DNA of 64,000 nucleotides from Verrucomicrobiia bacterium (GTDB lineage: Bacteria; Verrucomicrobiota; Verrucomicrobiia; Limisphaerales; UBA1319). This document shows, piece after piece, positions 20,660-34,819 of this stretch. The position numbers were made by a program, and so were the translations under genes. The DNA lies in the NCBI GenBank assembly GCA_963664225.1, contig OY760937.1:3616001-3680000 (forward strand). The letters are read 5' to 3'. The notes beneath the pieces are model-generated. The model worked only from the letters and a program-made list of their open reading frames with translations. It was not told the origin of the DNA and searched no databases. Each line of letters begins with the position of its first letter. Position 1 is the first letter of the stretch.

Positions 20660-21655
20660 TCAGGCGGGTTTGAAGTTGTGGATGGCGCGCATGTAGTGCG
20701 CGCGTTCGAACGCGCTGGGATCGGGGCAGTTCTTCTGGCTGACGCTTCCCATCATCTGTTGAACGGACTCGTATTCGTGCTCCGTCATCCAGGCCGCCAT
20801 GTCGTTTTCGATGACGCGAATCTGGTCGATGCCGTGCTTGTAAAGAACCGAGCAGAGCATGGTGACATTGGCGCCGGCCATGAGCATTTTGATCACGTCC
20901 TGCGCGGTGTGAATGCCGCTGGTCGCCGCGAGGTTGGCTTGCACCCGGCCATAGAGCATGGCGATCCAGCGCAAGGGCAGGCGGCGGGCCTGCGGCGTGC
21001 TCAGCAGCACGTTGGGCTCGACTTCGAGCGTTTCCAGATCGATGTCCGGCTGATAAAACCGGTTGAACAGAACCAGGCCGTTCGCGCCCGCGTCATCGAG
21101 CCGCTTGGCCATGTTGGCAAAGCTGCTGAAGAACGGGCTGACTTTCACGGCGACAGGCAGTTTCACGGAGGCCTTCACAGCCTTGAGAATATCCAGGTAG
21201 GTCTGCTCCACCTGGACGGACGTGAGATTGAAGTCCGTGGGAATGTAATAAATGTTCAGCTCGATCGCGTCGGCTCCAGCCTCCTGGATTTTCTTCGCGT
21301 AGTCGATCCATCCGCCCGTGGAGGTGCCGTTCAAGCTCGCGATGATCGGAATCTTGACCGATTTCTTGGCCTTGGCGATGTGCTCGAGATAATCCTCGGG
21401 CCCGAGGCGGTATTCGGAGGATTCGGGGAAATAGCTCAGCGCTTCCGCGAAGCTTTCCGTGCCGTGCTCCATGTGATGATCCAGCTCATACTGCTCGAGG
21501 GTGAGTTGCTCCTCGAAGAGCGAATGCAGGACCACGGCGCTGGCGCCGGCGTCTTCCATTTGTTTGATGTTGGACAGATCGGCGCAGAGGGAGCAGGCCG
21601 AGGGCACCAGCGGGGTGCGTAATTTTAAGCCGAGATAGGTTGTGCTAAGATCCAT
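20660..21655 (-). CDS. Dihydroorotate dehydrogenase-like flavoprotein (NifJ-associated type)
   Basis: YLGLKLRTPLV, SLFEEQ, ELNIY, PVAVKVSP, LFNRFYQPD, FERAHYM. Confidence 0.85.
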   Translation of the reverse strand: MDLSTTYLGLKLRTPLVPSACSLCADLSNIKQMEDAGASAVVLHSLFEEQLTLEQYELDHHMEHGTESFAEALSYFPESSEYRLGPEDYLEHIAKAKKSVKIPIIASLNGTSTGGWIDYAKKIQEAGADAIELNIYYIPTDFNLTSVQVEQTYLDILKAVKASVKLPVAVKVSPFFSSFANMAKRLDDAGANGLVLFNRFYQPDIDLETLEVEPNVLLSTPQARRLPLRWIAMLYGRVQANLAATSGIHTAQDVIKMLMAGANVTMLCSVLYKHGIDQIRVIENDMAAWMTEHEYESVQQMMGSVSQKNCPDPSAFERAHYMRAIHNFKPA

Positions 21656-21690
21656 TGGGTTCCTTATTTCAATAATATTTTATAAATTAT

Positions 21691-21720
21691 GTCCGGCCCG
21701 CGCTAATGGGCGGGCCGGAC
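21691..21720. other. GC-rich intergenic hairpin
   Basis: GTCCGGCCCGC/GCGGGCCGGAC perfect stem between nifJ and the pyrD-like gene. Confidence 0.55.
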
Positions 21721-21732
21721 CTGATATTTATC

Positions 21733-25330
<3,598 letters not shown>

Positions 25331-25341
<11 letters not shown>

Positions 25342-25582
25342 TTTCTATTTCTTCCAGTTCCTGAATTTGCTCCAAGTATTTGAACACCTGCCGGGCTTCT
25401 GCCTCATCGACAATGCTGATGGCAAACCCAACATGGACCACTACGTAATCACCCACCTTGGCTTCGGGCACGTAGGCGAGGTTTATTTCCTTGATGACAC
25501 CGCCGAAGCTCACCTTGCCGGAGCGCAACAACGCGTCCTCATTGGACACCTCTAAAATCTGACCTGGTACGGCTAAACACAT
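25331..25582 (-). CDS. hypC: Hydrogenase maturation chaperone HypC
   Basis: MCLAVPG N-terminus, VGDYVVVHVGFAI; overlaps the nifJ start. Confidence 0.95.
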
Positions 25583-25589
25583 AATAAAC

Positions 25590-27968
25590 TTACTGAGCGG
25601 ACAATCCCGCAGGCTTGTCCTGACCGGTTTCCCGGCGCAGTGCGGCTTGCGACCATCCGGCCGCTGCCAACTGGCCCAGCGCAATCCCTCCATCGTTGGG
25701 CGGAATCCGTTGGTGCCAATAGGGACGGAACCCCTCGCGGACCAGCCGCCCCACCGCCCGTTCTGTCAAATACCGGTTCTGAAAACACCCGCCCGTCAGC
25801 ACCACCCGTTCCTGCCCCACCAGCCTTGCCACCCCGATCACAGCTTCCACCATGGAATTGTGAAATCTGGCCGCGATGATGCCGACCGGTATTTTTCTGC
25901 GCACGTCCTCCAAAATACCCCATATCAGTGGTTCCCAGTCAACTATAATAGATGCTTGTGGGTTTCCCGCCGCGCCATGAGCATTGCTTATATTATGGAT
26001 TACCTCCTGCGGATCCATCTGCCGATCCAGCCGCATCGGGTAGGCCGCCTCCGTCGCCACCCCCCTGAGCGACCACTCCAGCCTTTGCGCCGATTGCCCT
26101 TCGTAACGCGTTTCCTGCCCCAAACCAACGAGCGATCCCACCGCGTCGAATATCCGCCCCGCGCTGGTCGTCACCGGCGCGTTCAGATCTTTCTCGAGCA
26201 TGGCTCCTATAATGCGCAATTCCGTGGCCGAAAAGGCTTTGACCGGCGCCAGGTCCCCCATGGTCAGAACCTCCGGGCCGAACATTTCGTAAAGCAGCCC
26301 CAGCGCCGTCCGTCGCGGCTCTTTGATGGCCTTTTCCCCACCCGGCAGGCGAAACGAACGAAAGGTCGCCAACCGTCGAAACGAAACGCCGGTGACGCTC
26401 AAAAACTCTCCGCCCCAAATGGTTCCGTCCAGACCGTAGCCGGTCCCATCCCAGGAAACTCCCAAAACCGGCGGTTCGAGATCGTTTTCCGCCATGCACG
26501 CCGCCACGTGCGCATGATGATGCTGCACGGCCACCACCGGCAGACCGTTCTTTCTGGCGAACTGCGTCGATTGATAATCCGGGTGCGCATCGCAAACGAT
26601 CGTTTCGGGGTGGTGCCCGTAAAGCCCCTGCAGGCTTACAAGGGTGGTTTGGAACGCCTCGAAGGCGGCTGCCGTTTCCAGATCGCCGATGTGCTGGCTC
26701 ACAAAAATCGCCTTGCCCCTCGAGAGGGCGATGGTGTTCTTGAGTTGGCCGCCCACAGCGAGCATCGGGGGCAGGGAACGGCGCACCATGATCGGTAAAG
26801 GTGCATAACCACGCGCCCGGCGCATCACCAATTCCCGCCCAACCATGATCCGCGCCACCGAATCGTCCACCTGCCGCACCACCGGTCGGTTATGGACGAG
26901 ATAAAAGTCGGCGATCCCTCTCAACCGCTCCAGCGCCTCGTGTTCATCGATGCAAATAGGCTCATCAGAGAGGTTTCCACTCGTCGCCACAATGGGTCCG
27001 CCCAGGTCGGCCATTAACAAGTGATGCAGCGGGGTATAGGGGAGCATCGCGCCGATGAAGGGATTATTCGGAGCCACTCCGGGTGCAATGGCGCTGTTCA
27101 ACCCACTGCTAAGTATTTCAAGTAGAACGATGGGCGCTTCCGGCGATTTCAGCAATCGCTCCTCCAGCGCGGAGACATCACAAACCGCGCGAATGGATTC
27201 CATGGAGGGAAACATCAGCGCGAAAGGCTTCTCCTCGCGGTGTTTACGCTGACGCAGTTTTTGCACCGCCACCTCGTTGCGGGCATCCACCAGCAGTTGA
27301 AATCCTCCCAGGCCTTTGAGTGCGACCACATGACCCGCCTGGAGGGCTTGGACCGCAGTCCTTAGAGCTTCATCCTTCTGCGCCAATGGTTTGCCATCCG
27401 AATCCCACCATTCCAATTGCGGCCCGCAAACCGGGCAGGCATTGGGCTGGGCATGAAACCGCCGATTGGCCGGATCCTCGTATTCCTTCTGGCAATCGGG
27501 ACACATGGGAAACCCCTTCATGCTGGTATGCGCGCGATCATAAGGTAGCGCCTCAATAATACTGTAGCGCGGACCGCAATGGGTGCAGTTTGTAAAAGGG
27601 TAACGATAACGCCTGTTGGAAACGTCAAATATGTCGCAAAAACAGTCCTTGCATGTGGCAATATCGGGTAAAACGAGCGCGGTTTTTTCACCGGCTTCAC
27701 TGGGGCGAATCTCGAAAGTGGAATGACCCACGGGGTCCAGCCAGGAGTGTTCCAGACTCGTAATGAAGGCGTGCGGCGGTTTTTCGGCCTCCAGACGCAG
27801 GAGAAATACTTTTAAAACATCCTGCGCCCCTTCGACTTCGATCCAAACGCCTTGGGAATTGTTGTTCACCCACCCCTTCAGCGCGAGTTCCTGCGCGAGT
27901 CGGAACACAAAGGGTCGGAATCCAACGCCTTGCACCGCGCCGCCAATGAGGACTTTGAGGCGAATCAT
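25590..27968 (-). CDS. hypF: Carbamoyltransferase HypF (start 27968, 27974 or 27986)
   Basis: VQGVGFRPF acylphosphatase domain, zinc fingers (CKDC..CTHCGPR; CPDC..CPVCGP), KGLGG, RRARGYAP, QHHHAH, DGTGYG, PPNDGG. Confidence 0.96.
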   Translation of the reverse strand: MIRLKVLIGGAVQGVGFRPFVFRLAQELALKGWVNNNSQGVWIEVEGAQDVLKVFLLRLEAEKPPHAFITSLEHSWLDPVGHSTFEIRPSEAGEKTALVLPDIATCKDCFCDIFDVSNRRYRYPFTNCTHCGPRYSIIEALPYDRAHTSMKGFPMCPDCQKEYEDPANRRFHAQPNACPVCGPQLEWWDSDGKPLAQKDEALRTAVQALQAGHVVALKGLGGFQLLVDARNEVAVQKLRQRKHREEKPFALMFPSMESIRAVCDVSALEERLLKSPEAPIVLLEILSSGLNSAIAPGVAPNNPFIGAMLPYTPLHHLLMADLGGPIVATSGNLSDEPICIDEHEALERLRGIADFYLVHNRPVVRQVDDSVARIMVGRELVMRRARGYAPLPIMVRRSLPPMLAVGGQLKNTIALSRGKAIFVSQHIGDLETAAAFEAFQTTLVSLQGLYGHHPETIVCDAHPDYQSTQFARKNGLPVVAVQHHHAHVAACMAENDLEPPVLGVSWDGTGYGLDGTIWGGEFLSVTGVSFRRLATFRSFRLPGGEKAIKEPRRTALGLLYEMFGPEVLTMGDLAPVKAFSATELRIIGAMLEKDLNAPVTTSAGRIFDAVGSLVGLGQETRYEGQSAQRLEWSLRGVATEAAYPMRLDRQMDPQEVIHNISNAHGAAGNPQASIIVDWEPLIWGILEDVRRKIPVGIIAARFHNSMVEAVIGVARLVGQERVVLTGGCFQNRYLTERAVGRLVREGFRPYWHQRIPPNDGGIALGQLAAAGWSQAALRRETGQDKPAGLSAQ

Positions 27969-27981
27969 TTGCATACTGTAT

Positions 27982-27997
27982 TGCAATCAAAGTGCCC
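27982..27997 (-). promoter_or_regulatory. Candidate sigma-54 promoter for the hypF operon
   Basis: Minus strand GGGCAC-TTTGA-TTGCA matches GG-N10-GC spacing. Confidence 0.4.
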
Positions 27998-28066
27998 GCA
28001 ACTTTCGTCCGACTCAAGGGTGGTATTTGCGGAAAACGCGATTTGGTTGCAGGACGAAATTCTTTG

Positions 28067-28230
28067 GCAAACGGCAAACCCTAAAAACGCCATTTAGGTA
28101 TGTGGGGCGAACTGACTCATGCAACGGAATGAATGGCGGGGGCAGTCCCCTGCAAGCTGCCAACGCAACGTCACCAACCGCGCGATTCCATTCTATCGTC
28201 CCGCGAGGCACGCGCGGGCGGAGCCAGACA
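28067..28230 (+). repeat. Dispersed palindromic element, copy 2
   Basis: Shares ordered blocks with 14840-14992. Confidence 0.5.
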
Positions 28231-28307
28231 GGGCCCGCTTTGTTGAGTTGACAGAATGTGGCTTTGGCCATTGACGTCAGGCAACCATATTGCGCATAAG
28301 TTACGCA

Positions 28308-29276
28308 ATGGCCCCCATCATCAAATTCGATCGCATCACGAAGGTTTATCAGGGCCGTCAGATTGGCTTGGCGGATGTCTCCTTTTGCCTGCCATCGGGG
28401 TCAACCATCGGGCTGTTGGGTGCCAACGGTTCCGGAAAATCGACCGTGATGCGCCTGGCGTTGGGATTAATCACGCCCAGCGCCGGCGAAGTCGAGGTGT
28501 TTGGGCAGCGCATGAAACCTGCCTCCAAAGCGCTTCGGCAGCGCATTGGGTTTCTGTCGGACGACCCGGTGTTCCCAAAGGACTTGAGCGCCATTGGTTA
28601 CCTGACCTTCGTCGGAAAATGTTTCGGATTGGACAGCCGGGAACGGCATTCAAGGATGGGATCGCTGCTCCGGGCGGTGGGCCTTATGGATGACGCCGGT
28701 CGGAAAATAGGGACGTATTCGACCGGCATGAAGACACGCCTTGGCATCGCCGCGTCGCTCATGAACGATCCCGAGCTGTTGGTTTGGGATGAACCCACGG
28801 CGGGGCTTGATCCCATCAGCCGTCGCCAAACCCTGGAGTTGGTGGAACAATTTCGCGGCAAGAAAACCGTCCTTCTCAGCTCGCATATCCTGGGTGACAT
28901 CGACCGGGTGTGCGATCGGTTGCTGGTCCTCAACAAAGGCCAGCGTCTTTTTGAGGGATCTCGTTCCGAACTGGAGGATTTGCTGCCCAAGAGCGTCCTG
29001 GAGTTGCGCATGTCCGGAGCCACCGATGTTTTTCGCGCCGCCGTGCGGGACCGGCTCCAACGCGTTGACTACTCCCAGGATAATCGGCGATTGCGCATTG
29101 AGATGGGCTCGGGCGAGTCCGTGGGCGATGTCGTTGAGTCGCTATTGAAGCTGGCCCGGGAAACCGATGTCCAGATCGAAGGAGTGAACTCGACTGGCAG
29201 ACAACTTGAGGACGCCTATTTGAAACTGATCAGCGAGGACGAATTCAGCGGATTCCTCCGAGTCACCAAAAAATGA
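28308..29276 (+). CDS. ABC-2-type transporter ATP-binding protein
   Basis: GANGSGKS, YSTGMK signature variant, WDEPTAGLD, SSH. Confidence 0.9.
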   Translation: MAPIIKFDRITKVYQGRQIGLADVSFCLPSGSTIGLLGANGSGKSTVMRLALGLITPSAGEVEVFGQRMKPASKALRQRIGFLSDDPVFPKDLSAIGYLTFVGKCFGLDSRERHSRMGSLLRAVGLMDDAGRKIGTYSTGMKTRLGIAASLMNDPELLVWDEPTAGLDPISRRQTLELVEQFRGKKTVLLSSHILGDIDRVCDRLLVLNKGQRLFEGSRSELEDLLPKSVLELRMSGATDVFRAAVRDRLQRVDYSQDNRRLRIEMGSGESVGDVVESLLKLARETDVQIEGVNSTGRQLEDAYLKLISEDEFSGFLRVTKK

Positions 29277-29280
29277 TCCC

Positions 29281-31030
29281 ATGACCCCCAGGAATCCAAC
29301 GATGACTCCCGATGCTGAAGGCCTGAAGAGCGTTCCTGACACTCTCTCCTCCCTGAACGGCGGCCGAAAAACGCCCTCGCGCTGGCAGTCGATCGGGCTC
29401 TTTGTGCGCGCTGACATGGAGGCGATCTGGCGGTCATGGCTCTGCCGTGGCTTTTTTTGTGGCAAGCGCTCTGATCTCGCTTTTGTTGCTTAAGGGCATG
29501 CAGGCAGAGCAAAAAGCAGCCAGCCAGATGCTCGAGGCCGTGTATGCCACCTATCTTCTGGTCTGGATGCATGGCGTGGTTTTCATCGCCGGCGCCGCAC
29601 TGATGCGCGAAGCCGATTGCCTGAACGAGGCGATCCTTTGCCGGGGCGTCACACGCGGCGAATACATCACGGGCAAACTGATCGCCCGATGCCTCGCGGT
29701 CGTCATCATGATCGCCGGTGTATTGCTTCCATCGAGTTTCTGGGCGATTCGACAGGACAAACTGGTGCGCACCCAGGATGGCTTCGTCACTTCCGCCGCG
29801 CGAAACATCAAGGTGGAAGCCTGGGAGCCGAAGAAGATTTTCGTCGAGGTCAGCGGCACGATCAAGGAGATGAAACTCCAGGTCGGGGACGCCGTGCGGG
29901 CCGGGGATGTCCTGGCGACGCTGGATGACCGCACCATATTCGATGAACTGGAAACCGAACGGCGCAACGAGGAGAACGCCCACAACGAGGTGGTCAATGC
30001 CGGACGCCGCGTGGAAGACGCCCGACGCAATGTGGCCCAGGCCGAGGACGCCATGGAACGCGCGGAACGCGGCCTGATCAACAAGGACATGCTCAGCCAG
30101 GCCGAACAGGCGGACCGCCAGACCGACATCCGTGCCCGCAAACGGGACCTCAAGAATTCCGAGAGCCTTCTTCGGGTGGCTGAGGACGCCATCGCTCCCG
30201 CGGAGCGTGCGGTCGAGACCGCTCAGGCCCGGGTGCGCGAATCCCGGCGTCGTCTTGGCCATGTTTCCGTAACCGCTCCGATCCCAGGCTACGTGACCGA
30301 GGTCCTGGCCAACCCCGCGCAGTTCGTCAACGTGGGAACACAACTGGCCACCATCGCCCCTTTGGACGAATACCTCGTGCGCGTGCCGATTTATAAATAC
30401 GACGAGTTCAAGCGCCTGAAAACCGGCCTTACCGCGTACGTGAAGATCGAGGCCAGCGAATACAAGGGCACCATCGAGCGGCTTGGCGCGATGACACAGC
30501 CGGACCGCTGGGGTCGCGACAGCAATTATGCAATCGTCCGTTTCAAAGGGGACGGCGCGCTCGGGTTGCTGGGATTACCGGCCGATGTCAAACTGATCCT
30601 GCCCCCACCCAAGGAGGTGCCCAACCGGATGATGGCCATGTTGAACACGCTCACGGGACAAAACGCCGACAGCGCAATCGGGCGTTCCGCTTCGGTCACC
30701 ACGGGTTGGATGTTCATTGGACTTGGGAAGGTCATCGGCAGCGCCTGTCTGCTGGTGACGCTGACGCTGACGCTTCTGACACTCTTTCGCAACTCCCTCA
30801 CGGCCATTCTCAGTGTCATCGGGCTCTATCACATTTCCAATCTGTTGTTCGATTTCGTCGGTCTGCGGGACATTTCGTATCTGGAAATGGTCGCCAACAT
30901 GGCCAAGGTCCTGGGCGGAGTCGCCAAGCCTGTCGATGAGCTCACTGTCCTCGCGTGGCTCTTTGGACTGGCGGCGGCCTTCGGCGCATTGACCATCGGG
31001 CTTTTCATCTCGAGGGATCCGGTGAAATGA
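29281..31030 (+). pseudogene. ABC-2-type permease with an inserted HlyD/MFP adaptor domain, frameshifted at a T7 run (29452-29458)
   Basis: Removing one T joins ...RSWLCRGFF to VASALISLLLL...; permease TMs flank lipoyl half-motifs (VSGTIKEMKLQVGDAV, APIPGYV) and a coiled coil; ends FISRDPVK. Confidence 0.7.
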
Positions 31031-31037
31031 GGAGCGA

Positions 31038-31311
31038 ATGAAGTATTTCCAAATCATCTTTTTCAGCCTGGTTCTTGCGGGGCTTTCAGTGTTGGCAGAA
31101 CCGGCAGCCAGACCGCCAGGCGAGGTCTTCGGCATTCAAAGGTCTCATGACGCAGACCTGTTGGTGCTTCTGGATGGAAGTCGATTGACGGGCACGCTTC
31201 TGAACAAAACCTTCGCCTTGAGGACGGCCTATGCCCCATTGAAGTTCGAGAGCGGGATGCTGGCCGGAATCGATTTGGAGAGCGGTGACCAAAAGGGCGA
31301 GGTCATTTTAA
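31038..31311 (+). pseudogene. 5' fragment of a secreted FGE-sulfatase (SUMF1) domain protein, interrupted
   Basis: Signal peptide; ...EVIL joins in frame to TVNNNRF at 34820+ once the IS, intron and one TTTAA copy are removed. Confidence 0.85.
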
Positions 31312-32843
31312 CCCGAACTCCGAAGTTAGGTCGGTTTTTTTAGGGAACCGCTAACCCCTCCGGTCATATTCCGCCCCCTCCGAAAGCTTGCCGGGCTTCC
31401 GGTGGCACCAACTTCGGCGACGCGCTTTTCAACCAGTTCAACGTGGTTTCTATCAACGGCTTGTGTTTAGCCAGTCCACCCCAGGCCGCCGAGAGCCTCA
31501 CCACCACATCACGCCCCATCGTTCCCAAGAGGGCTCCCGCCAGAAAAACCGTCGTCCGCAATGTTCCTGGCTGGCGGTATGGCTGGGTTGGAGTGGTCTG
31601 ATGCTGGTAAAGACTCAGCAGGTTGAATGTGAAGAGCACCGCCAGAAACGCCGACTCGGTGGCGAAAAACGATTTCAGGCAAAAACCGTTGGCAGCCAGA
31701 TCATTCTTCAGCTCCTCGATCCGCTGCTCGATGGTGGCCCTTCCGTTGTAGTCCCTCCACAGTTCCAGCGCGCCTTCACTTCGGTTGGTGACGCACACTC
31801 GAAAGGTGTAACCGGGCACATCAATGAGCTTGCGACCCAGAGCCTCCTTGTCTTCCCTGATCCGCTCCCGCAGCACCACGAATCGCCGGGCAGTGGACCA
31901 GCCAAAGAGTTGGGCTCTAAACTCCCCCACGGCATGATTTTCATCGATGGCTTTCCAGTTCTGGATTCCCACGCAATGGTATTTGATCGTGGAGGTCATG
32001 CGCGCCACCACAATGTAGGTTAATTTGCGCATTTCCAAAAACGTCACTAACGCCTCATCGAAGAACCCGCTGTCGGCACGCACGCACCGAATCCACGTTC
32101 CCTCGGGCAACAGGGCCAATGCCTCCTGCAAAAACGGCACCACCCCGCGCGCGGCTCCGGTGTTGCCGCTGCGCAACCATCCATGCAGGATAAACGGCGC
32201 TTCGGCCAGCACCGCCAGGAGCGGATGATGGCTCTTGCGCCCCTTGCGGCGTGGATTGTACCCCTTGGCAGCCCCCTCCTGCGAACCCTCCCGGCAGAAC
32301 ACGGTCGAATCCAGATCCAACGAGAAGCCTGCCTTGGGGCAGGCCAGCAGATTGAGCAGCCATCGCCAGAGCGGTCGCCAGAACGCTTCGATGTGGCCCT
32401 GGCCAAAGTGCAGGAAGAAGTTGCGGATGGTGTCATCGCCCGGGAAACGTTCCATCCCCAGCATGGCGTGCAGAACATGATCGGCACGCAGCCACTGACA
32501 GTGGGCAAAGCGGCGTGCTCCCGCCACCACAGATACGATAAAACTGGTCAGCGTATGGGCTAGAGGAATGGCATTAGGTGAAGTGGGCGCGGCAAACGGC
32601 AAGCACCGCTGCACCGCCTGCGCATAGCCGATCTGACCCAAAAAGGTTATGAATGAAGCCAGACCGCCGAAGGGGGTTATGGCCTTGGGAGTCTCATCCA
32701 GATAGAGCTTGGCTTGGCCGAAAAGAGCGCTAATTTCGACTGGGGTCGTTTTGTGCGAGTCTGAAGCGGGCTTGTTTAGCATCAAACCCTATTGCCTCAG
32801 AAGGTTGCGCATTGCGACCTCTTTTTCTATCTCGGAGTTCGGG
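31312..32843 (-). mobile_element. IS1380-family insertion sequence
   Basis: 12-bp perfect TIRs CCCGAACTCCGA (31312-31323) / TCGGAGTTCGGG (32832-32843); TSD TTTAA at 31307-31311 and T(32844)+TTAA(34820-34823). Confidence 0.92.
31364..32782 (-). CDS. IS1380-family DDE transposase
   Basis: LDLDST, GYNP..HPLL, RADSGF, YNGRATIEQRIEELK. Confidence 0.92.
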   Translation of the reverse strand: MLNKPASDSHKTTPVEISALFGQAKLYLDETPKAITPFGGLASFITFLGQIGYAQAVQRCLPFAAPTSPNAIPLAHTLTSFIVSVVAGARRFAHCQWLRADHVLHAMLGMERFPGDDTIRNFFLHFGQGHIEAFWRPLWRWLLNLLACPKAGFSLDLDSTVFCREGSQEGAAKGYNPRRKGRKSHHPLLAVLAEAPFILHGWLRSGNTGAARGVVPFLQEALALLPEGTWIRCVRADSGFFDEALVTFLEMRKLTYIVVARMTSTIKYHCVGIQNWKAIDENHAVGEFRAQLFGWSTARRFVVLRERIREDKEALGRKLIDVPGYTFRVCVTNRSEGALELWRDYNGRATIEQRIEELKNDLAANGFCLKSFFATESAFLAVLFTFNLLSLYQHQTTPTQPYRQPGTLRTTVFLAGALLGTMGRDVVVRLSAAWGGLAKHKPLIETTLNWLKSASPKLVPPEARQAFGGGGI

Positions 32844-32844
32844 T

Positions 32845-34819
32845 GTGCGCCAGTGAAATTGGTAGCCTCGTGGGTGAAAGTCCCGCCGGTCGAATTAGAC
32901 GGTTCACGACCGAAATGCAGCGTCCGGGACGAGGCCGTGAGGCCGAACCACAAGCGGGACGCTGAAAGAACTGTCGGGTCGTAACGAAAGTAAACCTCAT
33001 CAAATGAGCTCCGAAACCGAAATAACCGGTAAGCCGAGCCGCTACCCGAACGGCGAAGGCAGAAACGCGGCGTCATCAAATCGTCAAATGGGCGCTGTTG
33101 ATTCCGGCGGAGTCAGCGAGGGCGACACGACAGGAAGGGAAACCAAGGTAAGCTGGGAGATCTCTGGAGGCGGGGCGATAAAGCCTCAACCGCCGGTGCA
33201 AGGAGGAACACCCTCCGAGGCCGCACGGGCAGCCAGAGAAGTCGGAGTCTTCCATAGTAGCGAAGAAGCTGGGGCGACCAAAACCCCGGCGGAGCCAAGG
33301 GAAGGCACTTGGATCGAAGCGAATCAAAACAGCGAGGGACAGGGAGATGGCCTTGAGGGAGTGGAAACACTTTTTCAACGGATAACAACCCCGATAAAAG
33401 TTCAAAAGCTGCAGCGAGCGCTATATTGCAAAGCCAAGGCTGAGCCGAAGTATCGGTTTTACAGCCTCTACGGAGAACTGCTGCGGAAGGACGTGCTGGA
33501 AACGGCAATGGCCTCCGTGGCGCACAACAATGGCGCGGCTGGGATCGACGGGCAGACATGCGACGTCTATCTTGCCAGCGACGAAGCCTGGGACCAATGG
33601 CGGAACCAACTGCTGGAGGAGTTACGCACGAAGAAGTATCGGCCAAGCCCGGTGAAGCGTGTGTATATACCAAAAGGAGACGGGAAGCTGCGACCCCTGG
33701 GCATCCCGACAGTGAAAGACCGGGTGGTGCAGACAGCGGTGGTGATTGTATTGCTGCCGATTCTGGAAGCCGATAGTCATCCGAACAGTTACGCCTATCA
33801 TCCCAAACGCAATGCCCACCAAGCAATGGAGGCGATCAAGAAGGCTACGCTGACAGGACGCGTCGAAGTTATAGACGCGGACTTAAGCGGGTATTTTGAC
33901 AGCATTCCCCACAGGCGTTTGTTGCGCATAGTGGCCAAGCGGGTCAGCGATGGAACAATTCTCAAGCTGATCGCAGGATGGCTGCGCGCGCCCGTGAATG
34001 AACCGCAAAGCGACACAGGGAAAGGCGGGACAAAGGGGGGGCAAGGTCAGAATCGACGGGGGACTCCGCAAGGCGGGGTTGTATCGCCGATTTTAGCCAA
34101 TGCATACCTCAACCAGTTGGATTGGGAAGTCAACGAACGCTGCGAACTCAAACCCGTGATGGTGAGATACGCGGATGATTTCGTGATACTCGGACAGCCG
34201 GGGCAGGGACGGGAACTGATGGAACGACTGGAACGATGGCTGAAGCAACGCGAGTTAGTGCTCAACGAGAAGAAGACCCGCTTGGTGGACCTCCGCCAGG
34301 ATGGCATCAAATTCTTGGGATTCGCGCTAACAATGCGACAGGGGAAGGGGAAATGGAAATATCCGCATGTGGAACCCCATCCCAAGAGCCAGAAGAAGTT
34401 TCGAGACGGGATTCGGGAGAAACTCAACCGAAGCACGCTATGGCGTGATATCGGAGAGGTGATTCCCGAGCTCAACAAGAAACTCAAAGGTTGGAAGGGT
34501 TACTTTCACTACGGGAACAGCACCAAGGTGATGGGCCAGATGAACGAATACGTCAGCAGCAAGTTACAACGATGGTTGTGGCGCAAACACGGATGTAGTC
34601 GGGCGCAATGGTCCACATACCCCAAGGAGGATCTCTATGAGCGTTATGGTTTATACCAAATGCCGGAATATGCGGCATGGAAACGATGACGTCGAAGCGA
34701 TGCAACGTATGATCCCCGGAGAGCCGGATGCGGGAAAACCGCCTGTCCGGTTCGATGAGGGGCGAAATGCGACGGTCATTGGCCACGGCCATTCAATCCG
34801 TCCATTTCGCCTACTCTAC
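32845..34819 (+). mobile_element. Group II intron (IIB-like RNA, endonuclease-minus IEP)
   Basis: 5' GTGCG; EBS2 33009-33014 and EBS1 33044-33050; domain V GAGCCGGATGCGGGAAAACCGCCTGTCCGGTTC (34721-34753); domain VI ending CTACTCTAC. Confidence 0.93.
33361..34689 (+). CDS. ltrA: Group II intron reverse transcriptase/maturase (ORF open from 33004; true start uncertain)
   Basis: GIDG, RPLGIPTVKDRVVQ, DLSGYFDSI, GTPQGGVVSPILAN, YADD, FLGF, maturase X (GWKGYF); no HNH domain. Confidence 0.92.
   Translation: METLFQRITTPIKVQKLQRALYCKAKAEPKYRFYSLYGELLRKDVLETAMASVAHNNGAAGIDGQTCDVYLASDEAWDQWRNQLLEELRTKKYRPSPVKRVYIPKGDGKLRPLGIPTVKDRVVQTAVVIVLLPILEADSHPNSYAYHPKRNAHQAMEAIKKATLTGRVEVIDADLSGYFDSIPHRRLLRIVAKRVSDGTILKLIAGWLRAPVNEPQSDTGKGGTKGGQGQNRRGTPQGGVVSPILANAYLNQLDWEVNERCELKPVMVRYADDFVILGQPGQGRELMERLERWLKQRELVLNEKKTRLVDLRQDGIKFLGFALTMRQGKGKWKYPHVEPHPKSQKKFRDGIREKLNRSTLWRDIGEVIPELNKKLKGWKGYFHYGNSTKVMGQMNEYVSSKLQRWLWRKHGCSRAQWSTYPKEDLYERYGLYQMPEYAAWKR

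Noticed and set aside
33004..33360. Long N-terminal extension of the intron protein
   Set aside because: It overlaps ribozyme domains including EBS1/EBS2 and is probably an incidental open frame.
34637..34819. N-terminus of the 473-aa ORF (…GEPDAGKPPVRFDEGR…)
   Set aside because: This is a translation of intron domains V/VI; the true N-terminus is at 31038.
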